A DNA stretch of 64,000 nt from Gekko japonicus (Eukaryota): contig NW_015165268.1 in assembly GCF_001447785.1 (NCBI RefSeq), positions 532,688 through 596,687 of the forward strand. Direction: 5' to 3'. Under the pieces are notes generated by a model. That model was not told where the DNA came from and ran no database searches. It was given only the letters and a program-made list of their open reading frames with translations. Positions within the stretch are counted from its first letter, which is position 1, and each line of letters opens with the position of its first letter. This document shows positions 36,773 through 48,299 of this stretch, one piece after another. A program made the position numbers and the translations under genes.

Positions 36773-37760
36773 TAATTTATATCCTGCTCTTCCCGCTTGG
36801 GCAGGCTCAGGGCGGCTTACAGGAGAGATATATAACAAAGGAGTTAAAAACACAGCATTTAAATAAGCAAAACCACATCATATAAAACCATAAGTGCCAG
36901 TAATATAGATGTCAAAGTGCTAAAAAAAATGGTGGCTGTGTGCTCTCAGCATCCAGACGGTCGGCCGCCGCCACAGTCTGGGCTCCTGCCAGGCTGTTGG
37001 ATATTAAATTAAGTTAAATCCGTGCTGATGTTAATGTTGGAGCCAGGGCTGTAACATTAGGGTAGCACCAAAGCCTGGTGGAAGAGCTTCATTTTACAGG
37101 CCCTCTGGAACTGTAAAAGGTCTCACAGGGCCCTGATGTCATCCGGGAGCTCATTCCACCAGTACGGGGCAGCCACAGAAAAGCCCTCATCATTGCTAGC
37201 CTGGCTTCTTTAGGGCCTGGAAGGGTCAAACAATTTTGGGACCCCAATCTTAGGGCTCTCTGGGGGACATGTGGGGAAAGGCGGTCCCTTAAGTAAGTAG
37301 GTCCCTGACTATATAGGGCTTTAAAGGTAAGAACCAGCACCTTGAACCGAATCCGGTATGCTATAGGCAGCCAGTGCAGTGCATTTAGGGAAGGCTGGAT
37401 GTGCTCCCGCATGGGGAGACACAGCAACAGCCTCGCCGCTGCCTTCTGCACTAGCTGCAGCTTCTGGATTTGGGACAAGGGCATCCCCATGTAGAGATGA
37501 TACCAGGTGATACAGATGTTAAAACAAAGGAAGATAACTTTAGTTTTTTGGCAGCCCAAACATATATTATTGCAAGATCTCTTGATAAAATTTATGAAAA
37601 ATTAGATGTGTTAACTTCAGACAGCCTTCACAACAAGAAGCAAGAGAAGGGAGCAGTCAGTGGGCCCTTAGATTCTTTTATAAGTATCCACAACTAGGAA
37701 CCAAGATGAGCCAACAAAATTTGATTTTTAAATTAAGTAAATTTATTTCTGAAATCTTCC
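36200..37760 (+). mobile_element. Probable LINE (RTE-X-like) 5' end / ORF1 relic interrupted by L2
   Basis: KQSRLEDFFGIETKNHFEVLD (resembles the N-R-F-x-x-L ORF1 motif) before the L2, and FLAAQTYIIARSLDKIYEKLD after it. Confidence 0.4.
36742..37500 (-). mobile_element. L2 LINE 3' fragment with (TAA)n tail
   Basis: YMGMPLSQIQKLQLVQKAAARLL...LHWLPIAYRIRFKVLVLTFKAL..GPTYLRDRL. Confidence 0.93.
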
Positions 37761-38149
37761 CTTATCAAGGCAGAGATATAAGCTGGTAGAACAAGTGTCA
37801 AGCTAAAAGATACCTTAGATATTTATTATGAATACCAATAAGGGAAATATATTTATTTATTTATGGGTCACCATTTGCAGGCCATTTGATGGCATTAACA
37901 CAGAGAGAGAGTACTTGTCTTCCACCATCTTCAATTTTAAAATTCATTTAGTTAAAAGGGGGGGGGAATCAGTTCACTGCCCGTTCCTGTAATATAAGTG
38001 GCCATTTCATAGGCTCAATACAATCTTTATCAATTACCCTAAAGGGATACTTTCAGCAGCTTGTTTTATGTCTGATTTAAGAATGTGACTAAGTTAACTG
38101 AAAACAGGGATCAGCCAAGCATTCACCCAAGGCTTGGGTATAACCCATT

Positions 38150-39725
38150 GTCCAAGGCTGGACTTACCCAAGCTGCAGCAAGCAGCCATGATGCTGGCTC
38201 AAGGCTACCCTCCTAAACATCTGTGCAAGCCTTGTTCATAATCCAGGACGCATCTACCATCCACAGACAGATGGCCTTGTCAAACAGTTATAACAAGATG
38301 ATATTGTATATGCTAACCAAATCCCACCAGAGGCAATGGGAACTGTTTGTTGTTCTTTTTTAAACTCCTTGCTGGGGGGGGGGGTTTACTCCCATACCTC
38401 TACAGGCTCTGCCCCATTTGAGCTATTGTTCAGGCATTCACCTCAGGGCATTCTAAATATGATGGAAGCACAGCGGGGCCTTTCCTCTGAGTTGTACAGA
38501 CCCCTCATGTCATAGAGGAACTCCAGGAACACCTGTCTTATTCCTAGAACCTACCTGCCAAGCATCTCCAAATGGTTCAACAGGCCCAGAAGGCATGCTA
38601 CTATGAGGTACCATGTCCCTGTTCCCTGGCAGTTGGGGACAAAGTCCTGATCAAACAAAATGGTGCAGTCCAGACTCCTGGTTGGCCTTGTATCAGGTGA
38701 TCTATGTACTAGGCTCACTGACATATAAGGTGCAATATGGCTGGGTGGCTCGGGCTAAATGGCACCTGCACATCAGCCTCCTGAAATGGTGGCATGAATG
38801 ATGCCCTTTAGACTCCACATGCTAATTGGTTGCAGAACCCTTGGATTTGACGAAAGGTGATCTCCCCTGGAAACATCAGCCCCCCCCCTCCCCCGGAGCT
38901 CTCCCAGCTAATCTTGTGGATCTCAGTGAACAAGAGACCAAGGTACAAGAGTTACTCATGCAAGTTCTGGGAGTGTTGTCCTCACACCCCAGTTGAACCA
39001 CTCCTGTGCAGCACCCTATTCCTATACCCCAAGTCTAGTGGCCCATGCCACCTGGCATCCAATCCTTCTGAAGTGGTGGAAGGAAGTTGTCCAGGAGATG
39101 CTCGAAGTGGGAATAACTGAACCATCCTCCAGTCCCTGGTGCAGACCCATTGTCCTAGCCTCCAAGCTGGATGACAGCACACAGTTCAATACCAATTACT
39201 GCAATTTGATCCATATCATGTCCAGTGCAGACCTCCTTATCAACCACTTGGGGACAGCCTATAACTTCACTGTCTTGGACCTCACAAAGGGATATTGGCA
39301 GCTACCTTCCACCCCAAAGAGGTCAATAAAACAGAATTTATAACACCCCAGGGATGTTTCAGTTACCCTCCTGCTTTCATGATGCTGTAACCTGGCCAAG
39401 AGCAGGATAGGATTCAACAAACTGTGGTACCTGAAGTTTCAGGTAAAGGAGATGGCTTCACCCCTTGCCAGAAAAGGTTGTCATACTAAAACATTGCCCC
39501 TCCCACAGGAAAAAAAGCAGCTCTAGTTTTCAGGGTGTAGTGGGATTACAACCACTTTGTGCCCCATTTTAGACACTGGCCAAGGGGTGGTCCTAGAAGA
39601 TGTGCATGATGGGTAGGAATTGCCCATCACATTTATAAGTCACAAGCTGCAACCATGGAACACCATTATTCTCCCATAGAAAAGGAGACCCCCTAGAGTC
39701 AAGTGGGCCATGGGAGCCCTATAGA
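38150..39725 (+). mobile_element. Degenerate Gypsy LTR retrotransposon, Gmr1-type domain order (IN-RT-RNaseH)
   Basis: Integrase motifs YHPQTDGLV (about 38255) and TGSAPFELLF (about 38402). RT motifs MLEVGITEPSSSPW and LDLTKGYWQ (39098-39303). RNase H motif PI.FISHKL...YSPIEKE (about 39620-39690). Confidence 0.82.
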
Positions 39726-40954
39726 GACTTGGGAAGCAGAGGCAAGAACAGGAGCCACCTCCAAAAGGTATGGTTAATCTCCTCCCCTCTCTGCACCTGC
39801 TTTATTGGCTGGCCCTGGTGTACCAGCTGAAGCCACAAATGACTAAGCAGTTATGCACCACCTAGATCCCCACACCCAATGTCAATATAAAGCAAATGGA
39901 TTCAGACTGGTGGAAATGGACTGTGGGGTTGACATATCCATTGTAGATGGATCACCTGCATTGGGAAAGTGGTGTACCAAGACTGGCATGGTGAAATCAG
40001 TATGATGTTATAGAAGGTGTATTTCAGTTGGCAGAGAGTCCAAGGGTAATCTGTATGGACGTGTAACAGGCTTAAAAGTTTACTATAGGAAGGAGACTAA
40101 AGGGTGAGATAAGGGTAGCACCTAAACCCACTTACCTCTCTTTTTTTTAATTCCCCAGCCTGGTGGGAAAGAGCCTCACATAGCAACTGTCCCATCCCAT
40201 GATGAACACTGTAATAATATTACCAATATTTAGTGATTCCACTGCACTGGAAACTAAACATGATCCAAGCCATTAGAATCAATGCCTTTCCAGTGAATGA
40301 AGGTCATTTTCAAATTAAACAAAGGCTCCTATTGGGCCAAGGACTGTAACAGTAAATATTCAGGTAGCACAACTAAATGCAAAGTTTTTGGGGGAGGTAT
40401 TGTAGCAGGAGCACCTGAAATGCAGGACTTGGCTGATGAATTGTAAATTCAGAGGTAATAGCTGGGCAAAAATAAAATGAATTATACAAAGGTATGTAGG
40501 CTGAAAAGGTGATTTAGCTAAATTGAGACTAAAACTTGACAGAACCAAGTCTGGTTAGTATTAGAAGGCAAAACATCAAAGAAGTTAAGAATATGTGGTC
40601 AAACTGGCCAAAGTTCAGAAGTTAATTCCTAGGGACCCTCTGCATGAATAAATGCTTTAATGTAGACATGAAAGTAAGAGTATCTTGGAGAAGATATGAT
40701 CTTTTAATATATATAACTTTTTATTGCATTTTATATACTACATCCTAAAGGAAGGGGGGGAAAGGGGAGTGATTAAAACTAACACAAAAGATAAGACAAG
40801 GATCGTATTTCAAATGTCACCTAGTTGTATATCAATCCTACCACAATAACAAAGATTGTTTTATCAAAAGGTTAAATTCTAAATAAAGCTGGCTTGAATC
40901 TTAATACTAGACTTAGGTGTTTAATAATCACTTATGTTCTATTGAACTATCCAT

Positions 40955-42582
40955 TTATTTTTTATGTTTCTTCTTCTTGTACTTCAGGTTTAACATCTTT
41001 GGGCCTCTCCTTGGAGGAGTTAGCTTTCTCCTCTGAAGTGTATATTTTTAATACAATCAAACAGAGGCTTTTAGATATTGAGTTTCAAAAACTGCAGCCC
41101 TTTCATCCCCCTGTCTGCTCTTCAGCTTCATTAAGTCTTAAGAATGACGTGGGATGTATTCCCCAGTATTTGTATAATTTGGATAGCCCTAGCCATCGAA
41201 GAGCTTTTTCCCTTGCTCGAGTAAATGCCTTTCCATCAAAACTACTGTATGGTAGGTTTCATAATATTCCTAAGTATGAACGGAGATGTGACTGTGGTTC
41301 AAGCTCTCTTGATTCAATTGATCACATACTGCTGGACTGTTCATTGCATGTATCTGCTAGGGAAAAATGGTTAAACTCTTGGTTGCATGGTAAATATCAC
41401 CTTTCTAATGAAAGAAAATGTCAAATTCTATTGAATGATACAACAGCAGAGATTACAGTGGCAGTGGCTAATTTTTTAGTTGATGTGATAAGAGTGAAAA
41501 ATTTGGGAAACTCCGTTTCATGATTTTATAATTATTCCAGTTTTTTAGTTGACTGTGTCACTTTCTGTTTCTGATTTTAATGTTGTATATGCTATTAAAG
41601 GTTTATTGATTGATTGATTGTACTTCAGGTTAGTTCTAAGTATTTTAGGTGCAGCATCCCCTTTCTCCGAATCTGAGGTTTCCGAAGTACTTCTAGAGCT
41701 TCTTGAGGTGTCATCTGGTTCTCCATCACTAGTTCCCTCCTCTTCCATGTTATCCACAATTTTTTTGCCATCATTACTCGGGCTTTGTTGCTGTTTCAAA
41801 AAGTCTTTTGCTTTTTGCACAGAGTCAATTTTGTTCTTCTTATCCTTATAGTTGAATACCAGTCCCTCTGGAAAAATCCAACTAAAGGGGATTGAATTGT
41901 TGTGGAGAAAGAAGGTTAAATCCTTGTATTGTCGCCTTCGCTTCCGCATCTCGAATGGAATGACCTTTAGAATTTTTACTTCATCGTCTTTGACCTTCAA
42001 GACTTTTCCAGATGTAGCTTTCAAAAAGTTGTCTCTAGTGGATCTCTTAGAGAATTTCACGTATATTTCTCCAGGCAGATTATTTTTCTTAATAAAATCT
42101 GGATATGTTCGATATGTCAAATCTAAATCATTTTTCAACACATCTTTTTAAATGTCTGTCATTGGTGTTAGCACTTCACTTAAAATTATTTTCAGATTTT
42201 TTCCTTTTTGCTCAGGAATACCTTGAAAGTGTAAGACATACATTGATCTTTCCATTTGAAGTTGTAGGAATTGGTCTTTATCTGCAGCACTCTCTTTTTC
42301 CACTTCCTCCAATTTTTGTTCAATGTTTTTGGGTTTTGTTTCAACTTTCTTGATGGCTCTGTCGGTTTTGTCTGCTCTTTTATCCATCTGTGTGAATTGC
42401 TTTTGGACACCATCCAGCTTACTGTTAATGTTAGACATCTGCTCCAGCAGGGGGTGCAGTGCCATGGCCAGCATATTGGGAAAGTCAGCAACTGCTTCCT
42501 GTGTCTGGGTGGGAGTTGTTGGTATGGTGTTTCCTGTGAGAGGTTTCCTTTCCAGCACCATTCTTATCCCTCTACCAGACAT
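40955..42582 (-). pseudogene. L1 ORF1p-like ORF of copy B (about 328 codons reconstructed)
   Basis: ORFs 42148-42582 and 41545-42141 are in one frame, separated by a single TAA. Removing the nested insert restores the C-terminus ...KILRTNLKYKKKKHKK* (stop at 40955-40957). Confidence 0.88.
40991..41617 (+). mobile_element. 5'-truncated RTE-X-like LINE nested in copy B
   Basis: 14-bp TSD ttgtacttcaggtt (40977-40990, 41618-41631). Open frame with RRAFSLAR...GRF...ERRCDCG...HILLDC zinc-knuckle C-terminus. Ends attaaagg plus (attg)n tail. Confidence 0.88.
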
Positions 42583-43556
42583 TGTTTACACAAGAAGAAA
42601 GTGTTTGGATTTAAAGTCAAAGTTCTACAATTTAAATATGCTTTGGATTAATTTGCACCTTTCAGTCTCGTTTACAGTCTCACACGGTTCGTTCCGCTTA
42701 TTCTCTTTTCTTTTTCATTCAAAGACCATTCAGTTTTTTGGGGGATATCCCCAGTTCTCCCCCACCCGCTGCTTATTTCATGAGCTAGCCATTGGATTTA
42801 GAGATTTAGCCATTTATATAGGGGATTGCTTAACTCACTGTTTTCATGTTTGAGTAATTGTAGTAGAGTGGTCACATTAGATCACTCGTCCGCTTGTCGG
42901 GCAGCAAGCTCTTATTGCCAAAATGGCTTCACAGCAGCAGGATCTCTCGGGGTAGGGAGAGCCTCAATCCCTCAGCTGTCACCATGGGAGAGGCTCTCCT
43001 TTGCACCCTGGGCTGGAAGTTCCCTACAAGGACTCCGGAGGGGCGTATCTGGGCGGAGCCCCTCCTGTCTGTCACAACTCAGCGCGTCTCCTTCAGGAGC
43101 TCAGTGGGACGTGTCCGAGCTTCAAGTTGCCAAAACTGGAACTCTGAGAAGATATGATCTAAACAGAAGCAGAAGAGTCAGCTATAGGGACAAGGTGTAA
43201 TTGAACTTCTGACCTACTCATTGATAACTGCAGGGATATTTGCTTAAAATATGGTCCGTCTAGACATGGAAGTCAAAGCAGTTAGAGTGGGATAAGGGCA
43301 GAGAGATACCCTACCAAGAAATGTCTCAAACACATTATAACATTACAAGGAAGCACTGTATCAGCTTCCTCCTTGCCAACCCTTAGATCACTTATGAGTG
43401 AGGTAATAGGACATGTTTTGTACACTTTTACTTGATTTGCTTTTGTTAGTGTAGTGTACTACTGTGCTTCATAAATGTATTTGACTCGTAAACATGTCCT
43501 GCATGGTTAAATGTGTCATGCCTTCAGTAGAATCCTGAAAATAACCAGTAACATTA

Positions 43557-43816
43557 GCCCCATTCACATGTTACAGCAAAGACACATACATCCTACCTGT
43601 ACATGCATACTTATGTTTGTAAGAAAGAGTCAATGTGCATTCAGTTTACAAATGAAACCAAGGACCAGTACCTGATTAAATATAGAGTTTGTGTCACACA
43701 TTCAGCTGTACATGATTGACTGTAATATGAGAATTACCTGATGCACATATAAAGAACAATCATGTGCACACCATATATAGATTGTACATGTGTTTACTAC
43801 AACTTGTGAACAGGGC
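43557..43816. mobile_element. Old palindromic MITE (Harbinger-like)
   Basis: Degenerate TIRs gccccattcacatgttacag / ctacaacttgtgaacagggc. Confidence 0.6.
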
Positions 43817-46729
43817 CACTAAGAGTTATTCAGCAGAGCTGAGCACGGGGCTACAAGATTTATGCCAATTCCACCTCACTGGAGTAGGCATTTGCCACAA
43901 GCTAGCCTACCTATCCATTTTGCATAATGTAAGATTAGTTGATCACTTTATGGGTTTTTTTCTCCCTTCAAATCCGGATAGGAAGGAGCTCCCCCCCACA
44001 CTCCTGCATTGTTCTTTGGGTTTGGATTGATTATAACTAAGCCAAGTCTTTGATTGATTAGGTCATTACAAGGGTTGGCAGGAACAGTGCAATTTGCTCC
44101 ACCATTGTTAGATTTTTAGAGAGTACCCAGAGGCATCAATAGCTAAAGGCCTGTGCTGAAGCTAGCTGCAGTAGCTGGGTGGGTTGGCTGGTTGGTTGGT
44201 GTTGAGTAGCATTAACGAGGCCTTTAGTTGCTTGAGTGACATTTGGGGGTGAACATCTCGTGGATCAATTTGGTAGTAACACCGGCCAAGTCCAAAGCCC
44301 ATAATTATGGTGCCAGTTAGAGGCTGTTACCAACAACTTGTGCTTACGGTAAGTGATGCTTTAATCCTGTAGACCAAATAAGAATAAAAATGCTAGTTTA
44401 ACCCAAGCATTGGTATCCCTTAAACCATATATTGGGGTTCTATGTCTTCAAATATGATGTGCCTAGAAATAGGTATAAAAACCATATTAGGAGCAGAGTC
44501 TAGATCCATCAACATTCAAGCATATGCTGTGGCCTCTGTATTTATTGGTAGCTGCTACAGTAGCCTGAAAAGGCTAAATACCACACCTGTCAGTGTGTAC
44601 AAATGCAGGTGCTTTCCATAGGCTTAAATTCAGAAGGGATAGTTAACTCACTGACATGTAGTCACAGTAAGGGTAAATGCAAGAGCAAAATTAACCTTAT
44701 CCACAATATTTATGGATCCACCTTGGCTTCTTTTAATTACCTGAATTATTCAACATCATATAAATATCCTTCCCACGCCAAGTGAGGTTGTGCTGATTAC
44801 CATAGTAAACAATCTTGTACATCAGGTGAAAACTAAAGAGCTATATTTAGTACTCAAGGGGCACACAGTCAAAACCTCCAGTAAGTGACTCCTTTTTTTA
44901 GCAGCTGAATATGATTATCTACAAAGAGTGGTCAGAATCTGAAATGCTCTGGACAGACTTGGTTTGTGACACAGGAAATTTTAAAAAGTTAACAACCAAC
45001 TTTAAATATGAAACCCTTTACACAATTCAAGGTGCTGATATGAATCTTTTTGAGAAAGACAAGGAGTTGTTTTCCCCCCTCCGTGTATTAATTATGTATT
45101 TGGAGGTTATCTATTATGCATAAAGGATGACGGAGGTAGATAAAGGCACTGGCTTGCTGATCGCTATTACTGCGTACCTTCAAGTACAGAGAATCCTTGG
45201 TAACAAATATTGTGCAAGATTACAGGTACCATTTAATAGTTTCACAGCTTGCACTTTCATTGCAGGACATTTGCAGCTGATGGAAGAAAATGATTTAAAC
45301 ACCACAGAGTACTCAGACTTCCTCAGATATACATTTGGGATTGCTGGGACTGCAGTGCCATTTGTACACCTGGGACTGGCTCTAGTTCTTTGGCTCACCC
45401 TCCCTCGTTCAGAAGTCTAACACTGTGCCATTGAGGGCTCATTTGTTGACCCCCCTGTTCTTTGATACTGTGTGACAGTGGTTACTATTTGCTTCCCAGC
45501 TGTCCCTTGCACAGCGCTAACGTGGCTCTGTCGCAGACAGGGACAGGAAAGAGCAGGATGAGGTCCAAGTAGCCACTTGGTATATTAAGGGTTTGTGGCA
45601 TTATCCCTTATGAGGCTGATACCCTAAAACCTTTGATCCTGGTTTTAATACTATACAAATTTTCATCACACACATTTTTAGTTAGCACACCACTGAACAG
45701 CTAAGAAAAAGGTTGAAAGCCCTCAAAATGTTCTTCCTGTATAAATCAACACAAGCTAAGATAATATTTGTTTATTTCTTAATCACTTTACCTGGCTTGA
45801 AATAGGTGCTCTAAATTTTAAAAAATCATATTCAAATTTGGTCGTCAGATCCAAATTTACAATGGAATCCTTTCTTTTTCTTTCTCTCTTCTTCTTCTTC
45901 TTCTTTTTTTTTACTGGAGAAAGACCTGTTCACCTTCCAAAAAGCTGAACCATAATCAAGAGTACAGTGCACAAGCTCCATTGATTTCAGTGCATAGTAT
46001 GAGGCACTGGATCATAATGTTAGATACCTGTCAGTTGCACATCATTCCCCAACCACAGTTTTTGACACTGTTGTTGTACAAAGAGTCACATTTCATTAAA
46101 GGCTTGAACTGCAGATAGAATGTTCTCATTTTTCCCCTGTGCTTCATTATGCTGTTCTGTGGTGGGAAATGTCCATTTGCATTCAAACACTAAGACCCTT
46201 TGTTCCACATTTTAAATCTTTGAGGAGACAAGATATTACTTTGATTCAAATGAAACAGATTTAGATTGAAAAAACAAACAGCCCATTAGAATTGTTTCCA
46301 ATGACTTTTTAAAGTGACCCCCATTTTCATTTATTTAGTGGTTGATCTCTGATGAGCTAATTAGACTGTCTTACAAACAGTAATAACTGCTGTGTAGACC
46401 ATAGAAAAAGGGGCAAGGAAAACGAAAGTTTTACCTATGTGGCGATCATTAATCCCCTTTGATAGGGAACAAATATCAAACACTGCATTTTTTTTTAAAA
46501 AAAGCCTTTTCACTTGACTTTCTGACTTTTTCATAAGAGAATTAATTGGGGGAGCAGAGAAGAAAGTGACCATTCATATCTCAGGCATACAGATTAGAGG
46601 GCACCAGATCAAGGTGTTTTGGTATTGTACAGTAACTAGGAATAAGGCTTGTTGTGGAAATAAATACAATGAGCTCTAGAAAGAGGCTCTGGGAGAGGGC
46701 CAAGGCCTTGGGCACTCAGCATCCATGTG

Positions 46730-47007
46730 CTGTGGCGACCTCAGCAGGGTATAATGACACAGAGTCCACCATTTTCTCCAGAGGAACTCATCTCTGCTAC
46801 CTGAAGAGCAGTTGTAATTTCCTGAGTGATCTCCAGCCCTCACTTGGATATTGGCAACAATTGTTACCCAGGAAGAAATGACTGGTTTGGAGGGTGGAGT
46901 CTATGGCATTGTACCTGTCTGAGGTCCCACCCCTCCTCAAACCTCACCCTCTTCAGGCTCCATCCCTCAAATCTCCAGAATTTCCCAATCTGGAGTTGGC
47001 AACCCTA
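46730..47007. mobile_element. 'tagggttgcc' family non-autonomous transposon
   Basis: ggagggtggagtctatggcatt...ttggcaacccta. Confidence 0.75.
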
Positions 47008-47307
47008 TCTCCTTCCCAGCCAAGCATCAATCTGCCATTTTTGGCCCCTCTGATTTTAGCTTTGCATCTCCTCCCCCCTCCCTCCTGGAGATCAGTTGTA
47101 ATTCTGAATGATTTCCACCCCTCTCCTGAGATTGACAACAGTGGTTCCCCAGAAGGTCACATGGAAGGTTTTGGCCCAGGAGAGGGACGGATTGGGGGAG
47201 CAGCAAATGGGCACGAGCACACCAGTCTGATCCAGCTGAGCCTGCGGATTGGGCACAGTGCAAAATGTCTCCACAAGTGGTTGCAAAAAAATGCTGTATT
47301 TCTGCCC

Positions 47308-48205
47308 TCGCAGTGGGGGGTGGTAAGCAGTGGGGTATCACAGGGATCAGTACTTGGTCCACTGCTTTTTAACTTCTTCATTAATTATTTGGAGTTGGGA
47401 GTAAGCAGTGAAGTGGCTAAATTTGCGGATAATACGAAGTTGTTCAGGGTGGTGAAAACCAGTGAGGATTGTGAGGCACTCCAAAGGGATCTGTCAAGGA
47501 TGGGAAAGTGGGCGTCAACATGGCAAATGGGGCTCAATGTGGCCAAGTGCAAGGTGATGCACATTGGAGCCAAAAATCCTCAATATAAATACACATTGAT
47601 GGGGTCTGAACTGGCAGAGACTGATCAAGAGAGAGATCTTGGAGTTGTAGTAGATAACTCACTGAAAATGTCGAGACAGTGTGTGACTGCAATAAAAAAG
47701 GCCAATGCTATACTGGGGATTATTAGGAAGGGTGTTGAAAACAGATCAGCCAATATCATAATGCCCCTATATAAAGAGGTACTTTTCTCCCTTTCTCACA
47801 ATATAAGAACTCATGGGCACTCAATGAAATTGCTGAGCAGTCGGGTTAGAACAGATAAAAGGAAGTACTTCTTCACCCAAAGAGTGATTAACACATGGAA
47901 TTCACTGCCACAGGAAGTGGTGGCGGCTACAAGCATGGACGGCATCAAAAGGGAATTAGATAAGCATATGGAGTAGAGGTCCATCAGTGGCTATTAGCCA
48001 CAAGGTATAGCTAGGGGCTCTGGGGCAAGTGATGCTCTGTCTTCTTGGTGCTTGGGGGGGGTCAACAGTGGGTGGGCTTCTAGTGTCCTGGCCCCACTGG
48101 TGGACCTCCTGATGGTACCTGGTATTTCTGGCTACTGTGTGACACAGGGTGTTGGACTGGATGGGCCTTTGGCCTGATCCAACATTGGCATCTCTTATGT
48201 TCTTA
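47308..48205 (+). mobile_element. CR1 LINE RT/3' fragment with internal deletion
   Basis: SGVSQGSVLGPLLFNFFIN...KFADNTKL...KCKVMHIG...ERDLGV. Jumps from MPLYK directly to EVLFSLSHN. 3'UTR matches 18963-19190. Confidence 0.95.
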
Positions 48206-48299
48206 ACTCCGGAGGACGGTGCAAGACAGGAGGGCCTGGCGTGATGTGGTACATGGGGTCATGAACAGTTGGACTTGACTGTGTGACTGAACAACAACA
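48206..48299 (+). mobile_element. BovB 3' terminal fragment
   Basis: gacaggagggcctggcgtg...catggggtcatgaacagttggacttgactgtgtgactgaacaacaac. Confidence 0.8.

Larger units (their letters stand above)
40703..43145 (-). mobile_element. Full-length ORF1-only L1-derived retroelement (half-L1/HAL1-like), copy B
   Basis: Perfect 15-bp TSD gagaagatatgatct at 40688-40702 and 43146-43160. GC-rich 5'UTR, ORF1, ~250-nt 3'UTR, AATAAA and short A-rich tail. About 1.8 kb once the nested insert is removed. No ORF2. Confidence 0.92.

Noticed and set aside
42271-43200. Plus-strand ORFs (126, 176 and 124 aa) as an antisense ORF0-like gene
   Set aside because: Antisense shadows of the ORF1 coiled coil and the GC-rich UTR. 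I saw no conserved counterpart in copy A.
46894-47976. 360-aa ORF as a host gene or domesticated RT
   Set aside because: Chance fusion of MITE-derived sequence with an internally deleted CR1 RT fragment. The catalytic motif is degenerate (FADN instead of FADD).
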